Source: Bispira polyomma
Taxonomy: Eukaryota
Reading direction: 5' to 3'
Length of the DNA stretch: 64,000 nucleotides
Assembly (NCBI GenBank): GCA_965649765.1
Contig: OZ287749.1
Coordinates: forward strand, 3,658,001-3,722,000
In this document: piece after piece, positions 13,820 to 25,659 of the stretch
How positions within the stretch are numbered: position 1 is the first letter of the stretch
Layout: the number at the start of each line of letters is the position of its first letter
The notes under the pieces: model-generated
Told to the model about the DNA's origin: nothing
The model's input: only the letters and a program-made list of their open reading frames with translations
The model's database searches: none
Program-made: the position numbers and the translations under genes

Positions 13820-14467
13820 ATGTCTTCAGACAAGACCATCAGCCAGAGTTCTCAGATGAGTCAGAGCTCCTCCTACTCATCCTCCTCTTCCAGCTCCTTC
13901 AGCTCCTCCAAGACCGTGAAGACCAGCAGTACAGTGAAAAGCATGAGCGTTAAGTCGTCCACTGCCTCGAGCTCTGTCAGCATCCGCTCAGCTGGTTCCA
14001 GCTTCGCCGACACCCGCAGCAAGGAGCTTGGCTACGACGTGGACAACAAGATGAAGGAACTGACCACCAAGATGGACAAAGAGATGGATGACGTGAAGAG
14101 GGAGTTCTTCAGGATGACCTCTCTGGAGAGTCTGGAGAGCGCCGACAAGCTGGTCAAGCTGGACAACTCCATGATGACTAAATACATCGATGACACAAAT
14201 AAGGATAAGCTCAAGTTCAACTTTGACGTGGACGAGTTTGAGTCCGAGAGCATCAGCGTGAAGGCAGTCGGCAACCAGGTGGAGGTTCATGCCAAGAAGA
14301 AGAGCAAGAAGGATGGGCAGGAGACCAGCGAGGAGTTTACCAAGGCCTACGAACTCCCAACAAGCGAGGCTATCGACCCCGCCACGGTCACATCCTCGTT
14401 CTACAAAGATGGTGTCTTGACGGTGGAATTACCACTCAATGCGGCTATTACAGAGAAGAAAGAATAA
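13820..14467 (+). CDS. Small heat-shock protein (HSP20/alpha-crystallin domain) with Ser-rich N-terminus, 215 aa
   Basis: GC-rich ORF with GCCATG start context, just after a 3' splice site (ctatacttccag). The C-terminal half reads as an alpha-crystallin domain: LKFNFDVDEFESESISVKAVGNQVEVHAK...EEFTKAYELP...VTSSFYKDGVLTVELP. AATAAA occurs at the stop and at about 14648 and 14709. Confidence 0.93.
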   Translation: MSSDKTISQSSQMSQSSSYSSSSSSSFSSSKTVKTSSTVKSMSVKSSTASSSVSIRSAGSSFADTRSKELGYDVDNKMKELTTKMDKEMDDVKREFFRMTSLESLESADKLVKLDNSMMTKYIDDTNKDKLKFNFDVDEFESESISVKAVGNQVEVHAKKKSKKDGQETSEEFTKAYELPTSEAIDPATVTSSFYKDGVLTVELPLNAAITEKKE

Positions 14468-14963
14468 ACAAGAACAGCAAAGGTTTTTTTTTACGTGGGT
14501 GGGGTTTATTTTATTGATTGTATTTTTTAATCTTTCATCTTCTCTTAATTTGTATATGGAGGTTTCTTTTAACTTTATCTCATCACTAAAGGTATAAAAT
14601 GAAGTGATACAGTGTAAAAATGTGTGTTTTTTCTTCAAGATCTCAGAAATAAATATCGGAGATATCCAGCAATGCATGTAAATGGTGATATACATAAATA
14701 TTATTACAAATAAAAAAAGTGAAAAAAATACAAGCTGCAGAATGTCAACTTAGCCTATTAGTTGACTTTTACATTGAATTTTTGGCATGATTTCTATATG
14801 AGAAGAGTATATTGAAAAACAAGTTTCGGTGTATTTGTTCTAAGATTACAATACTATTAACATTACCACAAATCAATATCTCTTTCAGTATATAGTATTT
14901 ATACTAATTACACAACACAATATAATAGTGTACTTGACATAAGCTACAACATGCATCCTAAAA

Positions 14964-15158
14964 TCACTGCCTATACACAAGAACTGGTACATGTGCATGA
15001 TGGATGACGTAGTCAGACACACTGCCTAATATGGTCCGGCGTACACTACCCATCCCACGAGTCGACATGATGATCATCTTACTGTGCAGGTCCTGGGCAG
15101 CTTTCACCAAGATCTCACCAGGTTTGTGACCATAAAGTGTCTTGTAGGTAACCTGAAT
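14964..15158 (-). CDS. USP-A coding exon 4 (terminal)
   Basis: Acceptor ttgtag; IQVTYKTLYGHKPGEILVKAAQDLHSKMIIMSTRGMGSVRRTILGSVSDYVIHHAHVPVLVYRQ*, a classic USP C-terminus. The four exons sum to 492 nt = 163 aa + stop. Confidence 0.95.
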   Translation of the reverse strand: MQVTYKTLYGHKPGEILVKAAQDLHSKMIIMSTRGMGSVRRTILGSVSDYVIHHAHVPVLVYRQ

Positions 15159-15776
15159 CTACAACAGACACCTTTCTACCATTGAAAGCAAAGAGAGTAT
15201 TATATAAAGATTGCATAACGTGCAATCTATTCTACTACACGTTTTAACATGACATATTGTGAAATAATATAGAGCAATATAGACAGCCAGATTTATTGGT
15301 GAAGGAAATCAGTACTATGAAGTAGCTGGCCAACTGTCCCACACAAAGGAATCAGTGGGATTTGATCCCTCACTGTCCTCAGAGGTCAGAGGCTAATGGT
15401 ATTAAAGTATAGTATATCCCCACTATGCCACTACAGTACTTGTTATTGACAATTACACTCTTGCAGTTCATCTGCTGTTTTAGTACAAAGTCTACAGTGA
15501 ATGCTATGCCTATTATATGTTGATCAATTCAGTGTATACCACTTTAGAGCTACTGTATATCCAGCCTTACTTTTTACCCCACCAAATATATGGCCAGGTT
15601 TTGTCAAAATAAACAGAGGTCCTGGCCTATCGACAACCAATGTCTGTGCATTTTATGTCCTAAGCCAAAATCATCCATGTACTTCCACCCTCGCCCTCAC
15701 CAAAATGAATTCACCCTCTCACCATCACCCCCACAAAAATAGTGTACCAACCCTTACCCCAAGTAGACACTCTTAC

Positions 15777-15883
15777 CCCCAGCTCCTCTGACAGCTGTTT
15801 ATACTTGGCCACCATATAGTCTGTCTCCTCTTTCTCTGCCTGTTTCATCTTCTCCCATTCTCCTGCCGGAAGTTTCATCCCCT
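15777..15883 (-). CDS. USP-A coding exon 3 (107 nt)
   Basis: Acceptor tttcag; (K)GMKLPAGEWEKMKQAEKEETDYMVAKYKQLSEELG; donor GTAAGA. Phases 1 to 0 fit both neighbouring exons. Confidence 0.88.
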
Positions 15884-16639
15884 CTGAAATTAGGTGACAC
15901 ACCTTCACTTACAGAGCGAAATCCATAAAACTTCTAGAGATTTCACTAGATCACTGATTACACAAATTAACTGTAACCTATTTACATATATATATACTGC
16001 TACCCTAATACTGTGCATTGTGAGCATAGTGGTGCAATATATATGGATATACCCAAGATAATGTCTGATTTCGCCTATTTTTCCCAGAAGTATATTTGTA
16101 TTTATTAAATGAATAACTCTTTTATTCACAATAAAATATCTACAATCTTATGCCTATATGAACATTGGCCATTGTCTGGCTAAGTTACATAGTTATTGTT
16201 TAAAAATGTCTGTATGTCCAATATTGTGCCCTGTTATGTCCATTTAGTGCAGGATGACAGTATAGGCTTTATATGTAAGCTTTGGTGACCACGAAATGCA
16301 CAAGAATGAAATTCAAAACTGGACCCTGTGAACAATTATCTGTGATTGTGGGTCAGACTGTGTGTATACAGTGGTTGGGATTGACGTAGAAGTTTTCTAT
16401 TAATGACGATGCTTTGATTTTGACTGACGACGAGGAACAGAGCGGTGACCATTTGCAAAACTTTGCCGATAACTCGGTCTAGAAATAAGTGTGAAAATGT
16501 AAGTGATTTTTGTAATGTTATGTAATGAAAAAAAATCCATAGTTTCAAAATTGCTGTACAAGTATTCTCTAAGTTTCACCATCTGTAGAGTTAATCGGTA
16601 GCACAGTACAGTTACATAATGGGGTTTACATTAAAAATG

Positions 16640-19400
16640 TGGAGTGTGTAGAAACCTTTAAAGAAAATAGGATAGTAAAGGTATGACTTTAAGTTTCTTC
16701 TGAAAGCACATAGGCTTGTTTGCTTGTGAATATCATTGGGCATTTTGTTCTATTGACAAAGAGCTGCACAAAAATCAACCTTCATTTCGGGGGGGGGGGG
16801 GGGGGGGGGGATAAAGTTACAAGTCAAAAGCCTTGATTTGTGATCCTAAGTACATTAGCTAACCAAAAGCACAATAGCTATGAAAGCAATTTAGTTTGAA
16901 GATGATGCAATATTGAACGGAAATCCAGTGTAGATCTTTGAGAAGATGAGTAATATACCAATGGGTATGAACTCTTCGATGAATAATGCGACAAGGGTAA
17001 TTTTAAACCACTTCCTGGATCTTTTGAAGATTAGCCTGACTGACACCATATAAGAGTGAGTAATAGTAATCCAATTGAATACTGACAAGTGCATTAGCCA
17101 CAATGACTGGAGTATCTAGACTGAGATGGAGATTTATTATCTTTCACTCCCTCATATAGTAGGGACAGGATCGGCAGACATTGGGGATATGGTGATTAAA
17201 ACAGTTAGTTGAATTAATAATAATAATAATATCCAGCAATATGATAACAAAGTGTAGGATAGGGTTTATACTAGTATAAATGAATGTGATAAGAAATGGT
17301 AGAGTAGGGCTCATACTAGTATAAATTAATGTGATAGGAAAGTGTAGGGTAGGGCTAATACCAGTATAAATGGATGTTATGGGAAAGTGTAGGGTAGGGC
17401 TCATACTAGTATAAACTAATGTGATAGGAAGGTGTAGGGTAGGGCTCATACTAGTATAAATTAATATGATAGGAAAGTGTAGGGTAGGGCTCATACTAGT
17501 ATAAATGAATGTGACAGGGAAGTGTAGGGCTCATACAAGTATAAATGAATGTGACAGGAAAGTGTAGGGTAGGGTTCATACTAGTATAAAAGAATGTCAT
17601 AGGAAGGTGTAGGGCTCATACTAGTATAAATTAATGTGATAGGAAAGTGTAGGGCTCATACTAGTATAAATAAATGTGATAGGAAGGTGTAGGGTAGGGC
17701 TCATACTAGTATAAATGAATGTGATAGGAAGGTGTAGGGTAGGGCTCATACTAGTATAAATGAATGTGATAGGAAAGTGTAGGGTAGGGCTCATACTAGT
17801 ATAAATGAATGTGATAGGAAAGTGTAGGGTAGGGCTCATACTAATATAAATGAATGTGATAGGAAAGTGTAGGGTAGGGCTCATACTTGTATAAATGAAT
17901 TTGATAGGAAAGTGTAGGGCTCATACTTGTATAAATTAATGTGATGGAAAAGTGTAGGGTAGGGCTCATACTAGTATAAATTAATGTGATAGGAAAGTGT
18001 AGGGTAGGGCCAATACTAGTATAAATAAATGCGATAGGTAAGTGTAGGGTAGGGCTCATACTAGTATAAATGAATATCATAGGAAAGTGTAGGGCTCATA
18101 CAAGTTTTCAGGAATGTGATAGAAAAGTAGCTTTTAAATTAATGTGATAGGAAGGTGTAGGGTAGGGCTCATACTAGTATAAATGAATGTAATAGTAAAG
18201 TGTAGGGTAGGGCTCATACTAGTATAAATTAATGTGATAGGAAAGTGTAGGGTAGGGCAAATACTAGTATAAATGAATGCGATAGGTAAGTGTAGGGTAG
18301 GGCTCATACTAGTATAAATGAATGTCATAGGAAAGTGTAGGGCTCATACAAGTTTTCAGGAATGTGATAGAAAAGTAGCTTTTCACTTTTCTTTGGGTTA
18401 TGGGAATAAATTTTGCTATGTCTCCTGATTAAGTTTCAGTGTATAAAAACTCATTGAAGCCCAAACAGGGTCAATACATGGTGACACCTCTTGGAGAGAG
18501 TAAACAATAATCGAAGAATTCAGAGCATAGGCATAAACTTGTGTGTCACCAGCATAAAAATTATAGATAACTATAAACTTAAAAATGACTTGACACAGAA
18601 GAGTGGTATAAAAGAGTAAAAAGTAATGGACCAAGAGCTGACTTTTGAGAAACACCATAAGGTAGATCAATGGTTTTGTAAGACGATCGTCCAATTTGAT
18701 TCTCCGTTTCTATCATAAAATATCAAATAATCCAATTTAAAACGGTGTAATCTAAGCAAAATCAATTTTTAGTTATGTGGTCGATGGTATCATATACCTC
18801 CAAGAGATCTAACGGAGTCAAAGCCTCAAAGTCATTTTTATCTTAAGCAGAAATGATGTCATTGTTAAGCAGACTGATATGTATGTTTGATTGACCCTGG
18901 TCGGAACTGTTATCACTAATTTAGCACTGCTTTATCAATCAGTTTTATAATTAAACTTTGATTGGATTCCGGGGGATAGTTTTTTAGTACGTTTTAGCAC
19001 ATCTATGTCAGACTTTTTAAAAAACCGACAAACATTGGCAGTCTTGAAACAAGTAGGGGGGCACTCTCCAGAAGGAGTAATCTGGTAGGAATAGGATCCA
19101 AGGCACAAGTGATCATGAAATGAGCTTGGTACATCTGGTGTCTGTTATAGTTTGGATATTTCTAAGGTATGTAACAGAATAATTGGGGCATGGAGCAACA
19201 TATGAACCAATGCTACTAAAACAAGATCTAATTAACTTAACTTTATCAGTAAAAAACCCCAAAGCATTTTTCAAGTCAGGCATATGAGTCGGATAGCTAA
19301 TCTGCAATGAATGTTCTTCATTGAATACTTCCAGCATTTTCTTTCATTATATTTTCATGAAATTAGGGTCTTTTTTACATTTGACCGTAATGGTTTTATA
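16640..19400 (-). mobile_element. Degraded L2-like LINE in USP-A intron 2, interrupted by a 45-bp minisatellite
   Basis: YAGDTQVY (degenerate YADDTQ), LKLN, and a VANALVS..LDY.YSLLYG segment that aligns to 59440-59600. Confidence 0.75.
17250..18385. repeat. 45-bp minisatellite, roughly 25 units
   Basis: Unit ctagtataaatgaatgtgataggaaagtgtagggtagggctcata, with 40-bp variants. Source of the spurious MSPTLHFPITFIYTS ORFs. Confidence 0.97.
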
Positions 19401-20694
19401 GTGGTTCAAGGCCAGTATATACTGTCATTTATTAGCAAGAATATATTTTTAATTATATTATCAATAGTTGGTCGAATATAAAAAAGATCTAATTTCTACG
19501 TAAACCAGAATGGGGTGATTGGCCAATGTAAATCTTGATCAGTTTATTGTAATGTAGAATCAAACCCCAAAGCCTCTTTGAAACTCTCATAAAAATTGTT
19601 TTACGCCCAAGGTTCTTTTAGATAAGGTACTTGCAGCTACTTGGGCAATGCCCTGCTAGAAACAACTTACATAAACATCATAATGTTCTTTTATGTACCC
19701 TTTATAATATGCTGTTATAACGTCCTCATCAATAGAATTACATAAGGTTTGATTTAGTGGAGAAACATTGTTAATAATTATGCAAAGAAGCCATTTGAAG
19801 GATCTTAACTATTCATTACTGGATGCCGAAAACCAAAAATGACCAAAATATCAGTGTTATACTGTAGCTTTGCTACGCAGTGGAGGACCAACAATGCTTG
19901 CTAAATGTGGAGCTAGGTAAATTCATTCACAACAGTATACACTCCAATAATCTACTAAGCCTAGCCATTAACCCAAGTAAGTTCATGTTTCCATGAAGGC
20001 AATATTCTGAGGCGATCAGTCGACGTCAATTTTATCGCTTTCATTGATTTTCACACAACAAATTGACATGCAAATCTATCCAACAGTGGGGTAACGACGT
20101 GTCCTTTAATATAGACACAAACTTCGCAGTTTTGAGCATTCAGAAGATCACTTGGTTGTGGACATTTTAATGGGGGAAAATTCCCAAATGATATGTGGTT
20201 CTATTTTTTTTACGTTTCTGTGGACAGATGACAAACCTTGTGTGACAAGTCTCTATTAGCTGCGATATTGCATGTGACGTATAACTGTAGAAGATGTCGA
20301 AATGGTGAATTTGTTGTCAAGAAAGATGCTCAATGTGTTTCATGTGAATCTGAAGTTAAATTTTAATTGTTTTAAATAGTGACCAATGTCGCCTGCAACC
20401 CCTTTAAACACACTTGCATATCAGAGAGATTTCACACAACCTTTTTTTACGCAAAAGATAAAACCGCATACAATTTTTCCTACCCCACAAATTGTGTGGT
20501 AAACAGCTGAAAACTGTGAAGTTGGTAACTTTCTCAATAAGGCTGTCGTTATACTTTTATTGGATGTATATGAATTTGTATTGTTTCACTATATGACCAG
20601 CATATGATATTCATAAATATCAATAGGCTTTATTACATTTCTTACCACTAACATTAACAAAATCCAATTAGGAATACTTCACGATGATTGTGCG

Positions 20695-20941
20695 TTTTTA
20701 CATTACCGTAACAGCAAACAACGTCTGTGGTAATAGCTCTACATACGGTAATATAGTTTTTACATTACCGTAACAGGACACAATGTTTGTGGTAATAGCT
20801 CTACGTACGGTAATATAGTTTTTACATTACCGTAATAGGAAACAACACCTGTGGTAATAGCTCTACTTACGGTAATATACGTTTTTACATTACAGTAACA
20901 GCACACAACGGCTGTGGTTATAGCTCTACGTACGGTAATAT
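20695..20941. repeat. 62-bp tandem repeat x4, each unit with an internal inverted repeat
   Basis: tttttacATTACCGTAacag...agctctacgTACGGTAATatag. Confidence 0.93.
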
Positions 20942-21000
20942 GAAAATATTGTTGGAAATCTCTACTAATAGACAATACACCATAAGGTGTATGTACTTAC

Positions 21001-21081
21001 TTGAGGTGGTGACTGTGGCCACTTCCGGTACATGGACTAGTATCACGTTGTGGGTGGGTTTGTGTGACGTCTTGGCATACC
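21001..21081 (-). CDS. USP-A coding exon 2 (81 nt)
   Basis: Acceptor cttacacag; GG completes Trp; (W)YAKTSHKPTHNVILVHVPEVATVTTS; donor GTAAGT. Contains the LVHV USP motif. Confidence 0.92.
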
Positions 21082-21394
21082 CTGTGTAAGTAAGACAGTA
21101 CATATAGTGTGAGGCATGTAGGTGTTATTACTACAAAAACAATGTCTACCTCCATAACTTTGTTGACCTGGACTTTACATATAAAGGACAATTATAAAAG
21201 CGTCCAAGTTCTACTATTGCTATATTCTTGTTGGTACATTCCTAAAATAAGGGTATTCTTAACACTATATTTGCAACATAGAAATCAAAACTCTCTGTTC
21301 TCATTTCACTATTCCTTACACTCCTACATTCTCTCAAGCGTCCCACATTTTCTGCATACAATTGTATATATGTGCATATTTTATATACCTCACA

Positions 21395-21810
21395 TTACCC
21401 ACACAGCCTCCAAATACACCCCCACCCCCTCCCATATTTTCCATACACCTGTCCTACTTTTTCCATACACTTTACCCACATTTTCCATACACCCTCCCAA
21501 CCTTTCCCAAAGACCCTCCCACATTTCCCATACACCCTCCAACATATTCCATACACCTTTCCTACATTTTCCACACCTTACTCACATTTTCCCTATATCA
21601 TCTTCACATTTCCAATTCACCTCCACACATTTTCCATACACCGTCCCCATATTTTTCCTATATTCTCCCCACATTTTCCCTATATCCTCCCCACATTTTC
21701 CCTATATTCTCCCTACATTTTCCCTATATCCTCCTCACATTTTCCACACACCCATCCCACATTTTCCACACACCCTACCCACATTTCCACACACCTTCCC
21801 CACATTTTAT
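21395..21810. repeat. C-rich ~21-bp degenerate tandem repeat in USP-A intron 1
   Basis: Repeats of cccacattttccatacac / ccctatatc. Confidence 0.9.
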
Positions 21811-21829
21811 GAATACCCCTGTCACTCAC

Positions 21830-21938
21830 ATTTCAAAGCCTCCTCTGCATTCTTACTCCTATCTACGGCCACTAGAATTGTAGCCTCGCCCTCCACTGGA
21901 GCAGCAGCGATACTCTCGTCACCTGGTGCTGTTGACAT
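21830..21938 (-). CDS. Universal stress protein (UspA family) gene USP-A, coding exon 1
   Basis: MSTAPGDESIAAAPVEGEATILVAVDRSKNAEEALK + T, then donor GTGAGT. ILVAVDxS is the USP beta-1 motif; phase-1 intron. Confidence 0.92.
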
Positions 21939-23037
21939 CTTTGCAGAAATTGGTTTTTGTTTTTTAGTTCCTTTTTCTAGCCACAAATATTTAAGCTTAA
22001 CTCCCAAACAATTATCCAAATCTCCAATAGTAGTTCAAAGTCTGGTTACAGCAAAGTCTCCAACAACAGTCAAATGTCTCCTAAATATACTACTGTACAC
22101 ATACTGGGCTATTTGTACTGAGTACAATGTTCTGATTAAAACAGCAAATCAGGTAACCCAATACCCTTGACCCTGACTGGGTATTTTAGTTGTTTTGATT
22201 TGACTATCACGTACGTCTAGGCTTATCAGCCCTTAACACAGTCTATACATACACAGTCAGCTAAGGGTCGGTCTAAAAACATTTAACATTGCATTTTATT
22301 TATAGCCAAAAGGACTATATTATATTTATTAAATTACCTGTATAAATTATATAGGATGACTACTTGTAAAGATAACTAGATATATTTCAATATTTAAATA
22401 TCTGTACAAGCGGAAAAAAAACTTATAATTAAGTGCCCTCATTAATATTCCTAATTCAAGTGTGTCCTATTTTAAATTATGCATTCGTCTTTTCAGCTGG
22501 ATAATTTATCAACACTGTTGCTACTTAAAAGTCACTATTTGGACTTTGGTACCAGACTATCAATTGAGACACATAACACACACATACACACACAGACATA
22601 CACACATGCTTCACTAAGTATATGCTTCCATGTATCAGAAAAATATCGAACAAGATCAGATATCGTTAGATTTTATGGGTGGCTAAAATAAATCAGCAAC
22701 TGTCTTTGTATGAATCTATCATCTGGCCGATGCCTGGATCAGTGATATACGCTGGCAACCTCTAATCTGCAGAGAGACTTTCTTTGTTTGATAAATTTTG
22801 CTGAATATCTTTTGTCTGTGAATACTTTTGAGAAAATATAATATCTGTTCAATTTACAACATTATGTGATCATTATCATCATACTTTCATGACGCCACAG
22901 TATCACGAGTTATTTTTGGCTATAACGACTTCGGCACTATTTATCACAGTGTCATCACTTTTAAGGTTTAGGGGACAGACAGCAGTCAACAACAATAAAC
23001 AAAAACCCCAACAAGAGTTGTTTTAAAAAAAGACATT

Positions 23038-23292
23038 TGCTCAGTGTGACTGACACCCCTCAGTTTGGCCAGTTTCGATTACTGCCAGTCAATTCATGAA
23101 GGCCTCACATATTATTTCCAACACTGCGGCTGTACCTGATAATTGCCTGATAATATAAATTTGCTACCCCTCAGTTTCGCCAGGTTGATTGCTTCCAACC
23201 AATCCATGAAGGACAATCCATTATGGCGGAACTTTCCAAGATGGCCGTGCCCTTTTCAGAGTGAAAACAATATCAGGCTGCTCCTGATAACA
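23038..23292 (+). repeat. Dispersed repeat, unclassified (other copies at about 1195-1350 + and 37410-37620 -)
   Basis: Shared cagtgtgactgacacccctc.gtttg...catgaaggc...tatcaggctg..cctgataa, with an internal tandem duplication here. Confidence 0.75.
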
Positions 23293-23819
23293 AGTGAGGC
23301 CTAAACTCCTTACACCGGCATAAGTCGGACTTAAAAGTCATTTGGTAAACTAGAGTTCATGCATTTATAAATTACAGTAGCTGTGTATATGTCAAAATCA
23401 ATTTAAATTAATCAAATTAAAATCCAGGCATATTTTAAATCAGCCTGGGCAAAATTGAAACATTTTGGATTTAAGATACACCTGGATTTTAATTTCTCCT
23501 GTGACATATATATGTATATAATTGGCAATGTAAATGTACTGCACTGCAAACAGCAATTCGAATCGAAACAGTGACAAAGAGAAATGATAATCATCTTTGG
23601 GATAACTTGGGAGTTTTTATATCGCGGCCCCCTACTACTGGGATAGGGCCCATTCACAAAAGACGGGTCAATTGAAGTGGTCATCTGTGTCACTATGTAT
23701 CTGATTGTACCAAGAAATCCAAGACTGAAACTGAATCCAGGTCATATGTATTACGAAGTCAATGTGGTATGCAGCACTAGCCCTTAGTGAAAGCAACACC
23801 ATTTGTTTTGTATTTTTCA

Positions 23820-24690
23820 TTTCAACCGCCCTATTGGTGTGTGGCACCGTCTACAACGTAATTTTTTAAACTAAAAACGTTAAAGGATGTAAGGTATAAA
23901 ACCTATCATAAAACAGCTAAAGAATGTGATAATGTTCAAAATAAGGCAAAACGGTTTTTTGGGAGTGTACATAAATTCACGTCTCATGTTGCAATAAATA
24001 GGGAAATGGGGTGGTATCCAAGTAGGCATAGACGATATGTATCCATGCTTAGACTTTGGAATAGACTTATAAAAACATATGAAGACAGGTTATTAAAAAA
24101 AGATCTTTCTCTGGGATAACAATAACTGTAGATAAAACTGGTCAGCGAATATAAAAAATTTATTTAATGTTCTAAATAATGTTCACAAGCATATACATGT
24201 CTTGGTCAGCATGAATGACATCAAACTTAAAAATGTATTTGAGGAAGAATGGAAATCTGAGGTAGACTCTAAACCAAAACTTAGATTGTATCAGAAATTT
24301 AACGGTAAATTGGAACCCGAAAAGTATTTAAAAATACCGTTCAATTTCGTACGGGTGTTCTACCTTTAAGGATAGAAGCAGGGAGATACAATTGGACTAA
24401 GGATGTAATTTTAAGATTGAAAGCTATTCCCTGGAGAACGATTATATCGTGTTTGTAACAGTAATGTAATTGAGGATAAAATACATTTTCTTTGTAACTG
24501 TCCTGCCTATAGCAAATCAAAAGATATTCTATATAATGTTATACAGGAAAGTATCAACTATCAACTATCCCTGATACTGAAAAGTTTGAAACTATTATAA
24601 AACAGTTTGACAAGGCCCTAGCAAATTACTTCAATACATCTTGGAATACACGGCAATCCTTTATCCAAAAATAGTATTATGTAAATGGTA
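23820..24690 (+). mobile_element. Degraded CR1-group LINE 3' region
   Basis: GVHKFTSHVAI..EMGW, LRLWNRLIK, SKPKLRLY.KF and a C-terminal C..C...IEDK.HFL..C..Y motif across frameshifts. Confidence 0.65.
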
Positions 24691-25039
24691 AAAAAAATTG
24701 AACAGAAACTAAATTGTTTTGGTATATATTGTAATGTACATCTCTTGTAAAAATATAAAGTTAAATTTGGTAACATTATGCAAAAAAAATGAAAATGTAA
24801 AATTGATGTGAAATTAATTTGTAAAAATAAAAAGTTAAATTTGGTAGTATAGTGCAAAACAGTGAAAGTGTGATGTTAAAGCAATTGTAGAAAAATAATA
24901 TTCACTTTTTATTGTAATTTTTATTAACTGCAGAATTCTGCAAATGTATTACTCATACAACAAAATTATGTGGTAAATTAAAGTGGCATATAAGCCCATC
25001 TTGGCTGGGCAACACTATTGAAATACTATTTTATTTGTA

Positions 25040-25350
25040 TTTATGTATTAGATAAGTGCATGTCACTGTAATAAATAAACAAATATAAACAACCGAATTA
25101 ATTAACTCATTTATAAGTGCAAACAACATAGCCAGTTTGTAAGAAAGAATGTGGACGTGTACAGGGAGAGAAATAAGAGGGGTAAGCGAGTTTGAAAAGG
25201 TAGGATTTATATTTTTCCTAAACCCGGAAAGTGTTTCTAGCGATCTAAGCTCAACTGTGAGACTATTGCATAACATGGAGGCAGCAATTAATGAAGTTCT
25301 AGATACAGCCTTCTTGGTGGGTTTAACAGAGTAAACAGAAAGTCTCTCTC
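25040..25350 (-). mobile_element. L2-like 3' end fragment
   Basis: Similar to 4790-5110 (NSL..ELRSLETLSGFRK). Confidence 0.7.
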
Positions 25351-25659
25351 CTCTCTTGGGGCTTTACTGAAAAGAAAGAATGTGAATGTCAAGTTAACAA
25401 AATGTTGTTGTTTTTTCATTTGTTGGGTGTTCTGGATGAGGGTACAGTTGAGCAATAGGCTGAGACTCATCACTGCATGTATTTGTTGGTATTGAAAGCT
25501 CTGACATTGACTTCGATCCAGATACTTTAGTTTTATTAAAATTTGAGTTTATACATTTTTGTAACTTATCTAACCATATCTAATCTAGTACTTTTTTGGC
25601 GTTAAAACCCCTGTGCAAGAGAACTCAAAGTATCATAGCATCCTAATCATAGACATACA

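Noticed and set aside
13988-14290. Antisense ORFs over the sHSP
   Set aside because: Expected shadow ORFs of a GC3-rich CDS, with no motifs.
17144-18328. Repetitive MSPTLHFPITFIYTS ORFs
   Set aside because: Translation of the 45-bp minisatellite, broken by 40-bp variants.
20695-20941. CRISPR-like array of palindromic repeats
   Set aside because: The intervening sequences are copies of each other rather than unique spacers. The context is eukaryotic, with no cas genes.
21109-22170. 353-aa, 173-aa and 146-aa His/Pro/Phe-rich ORFs
   Set aside because: They are open in all three frames because the C-rich repeat lacks stops, and they lie antisense to USP-A exon 1 and intron 1.
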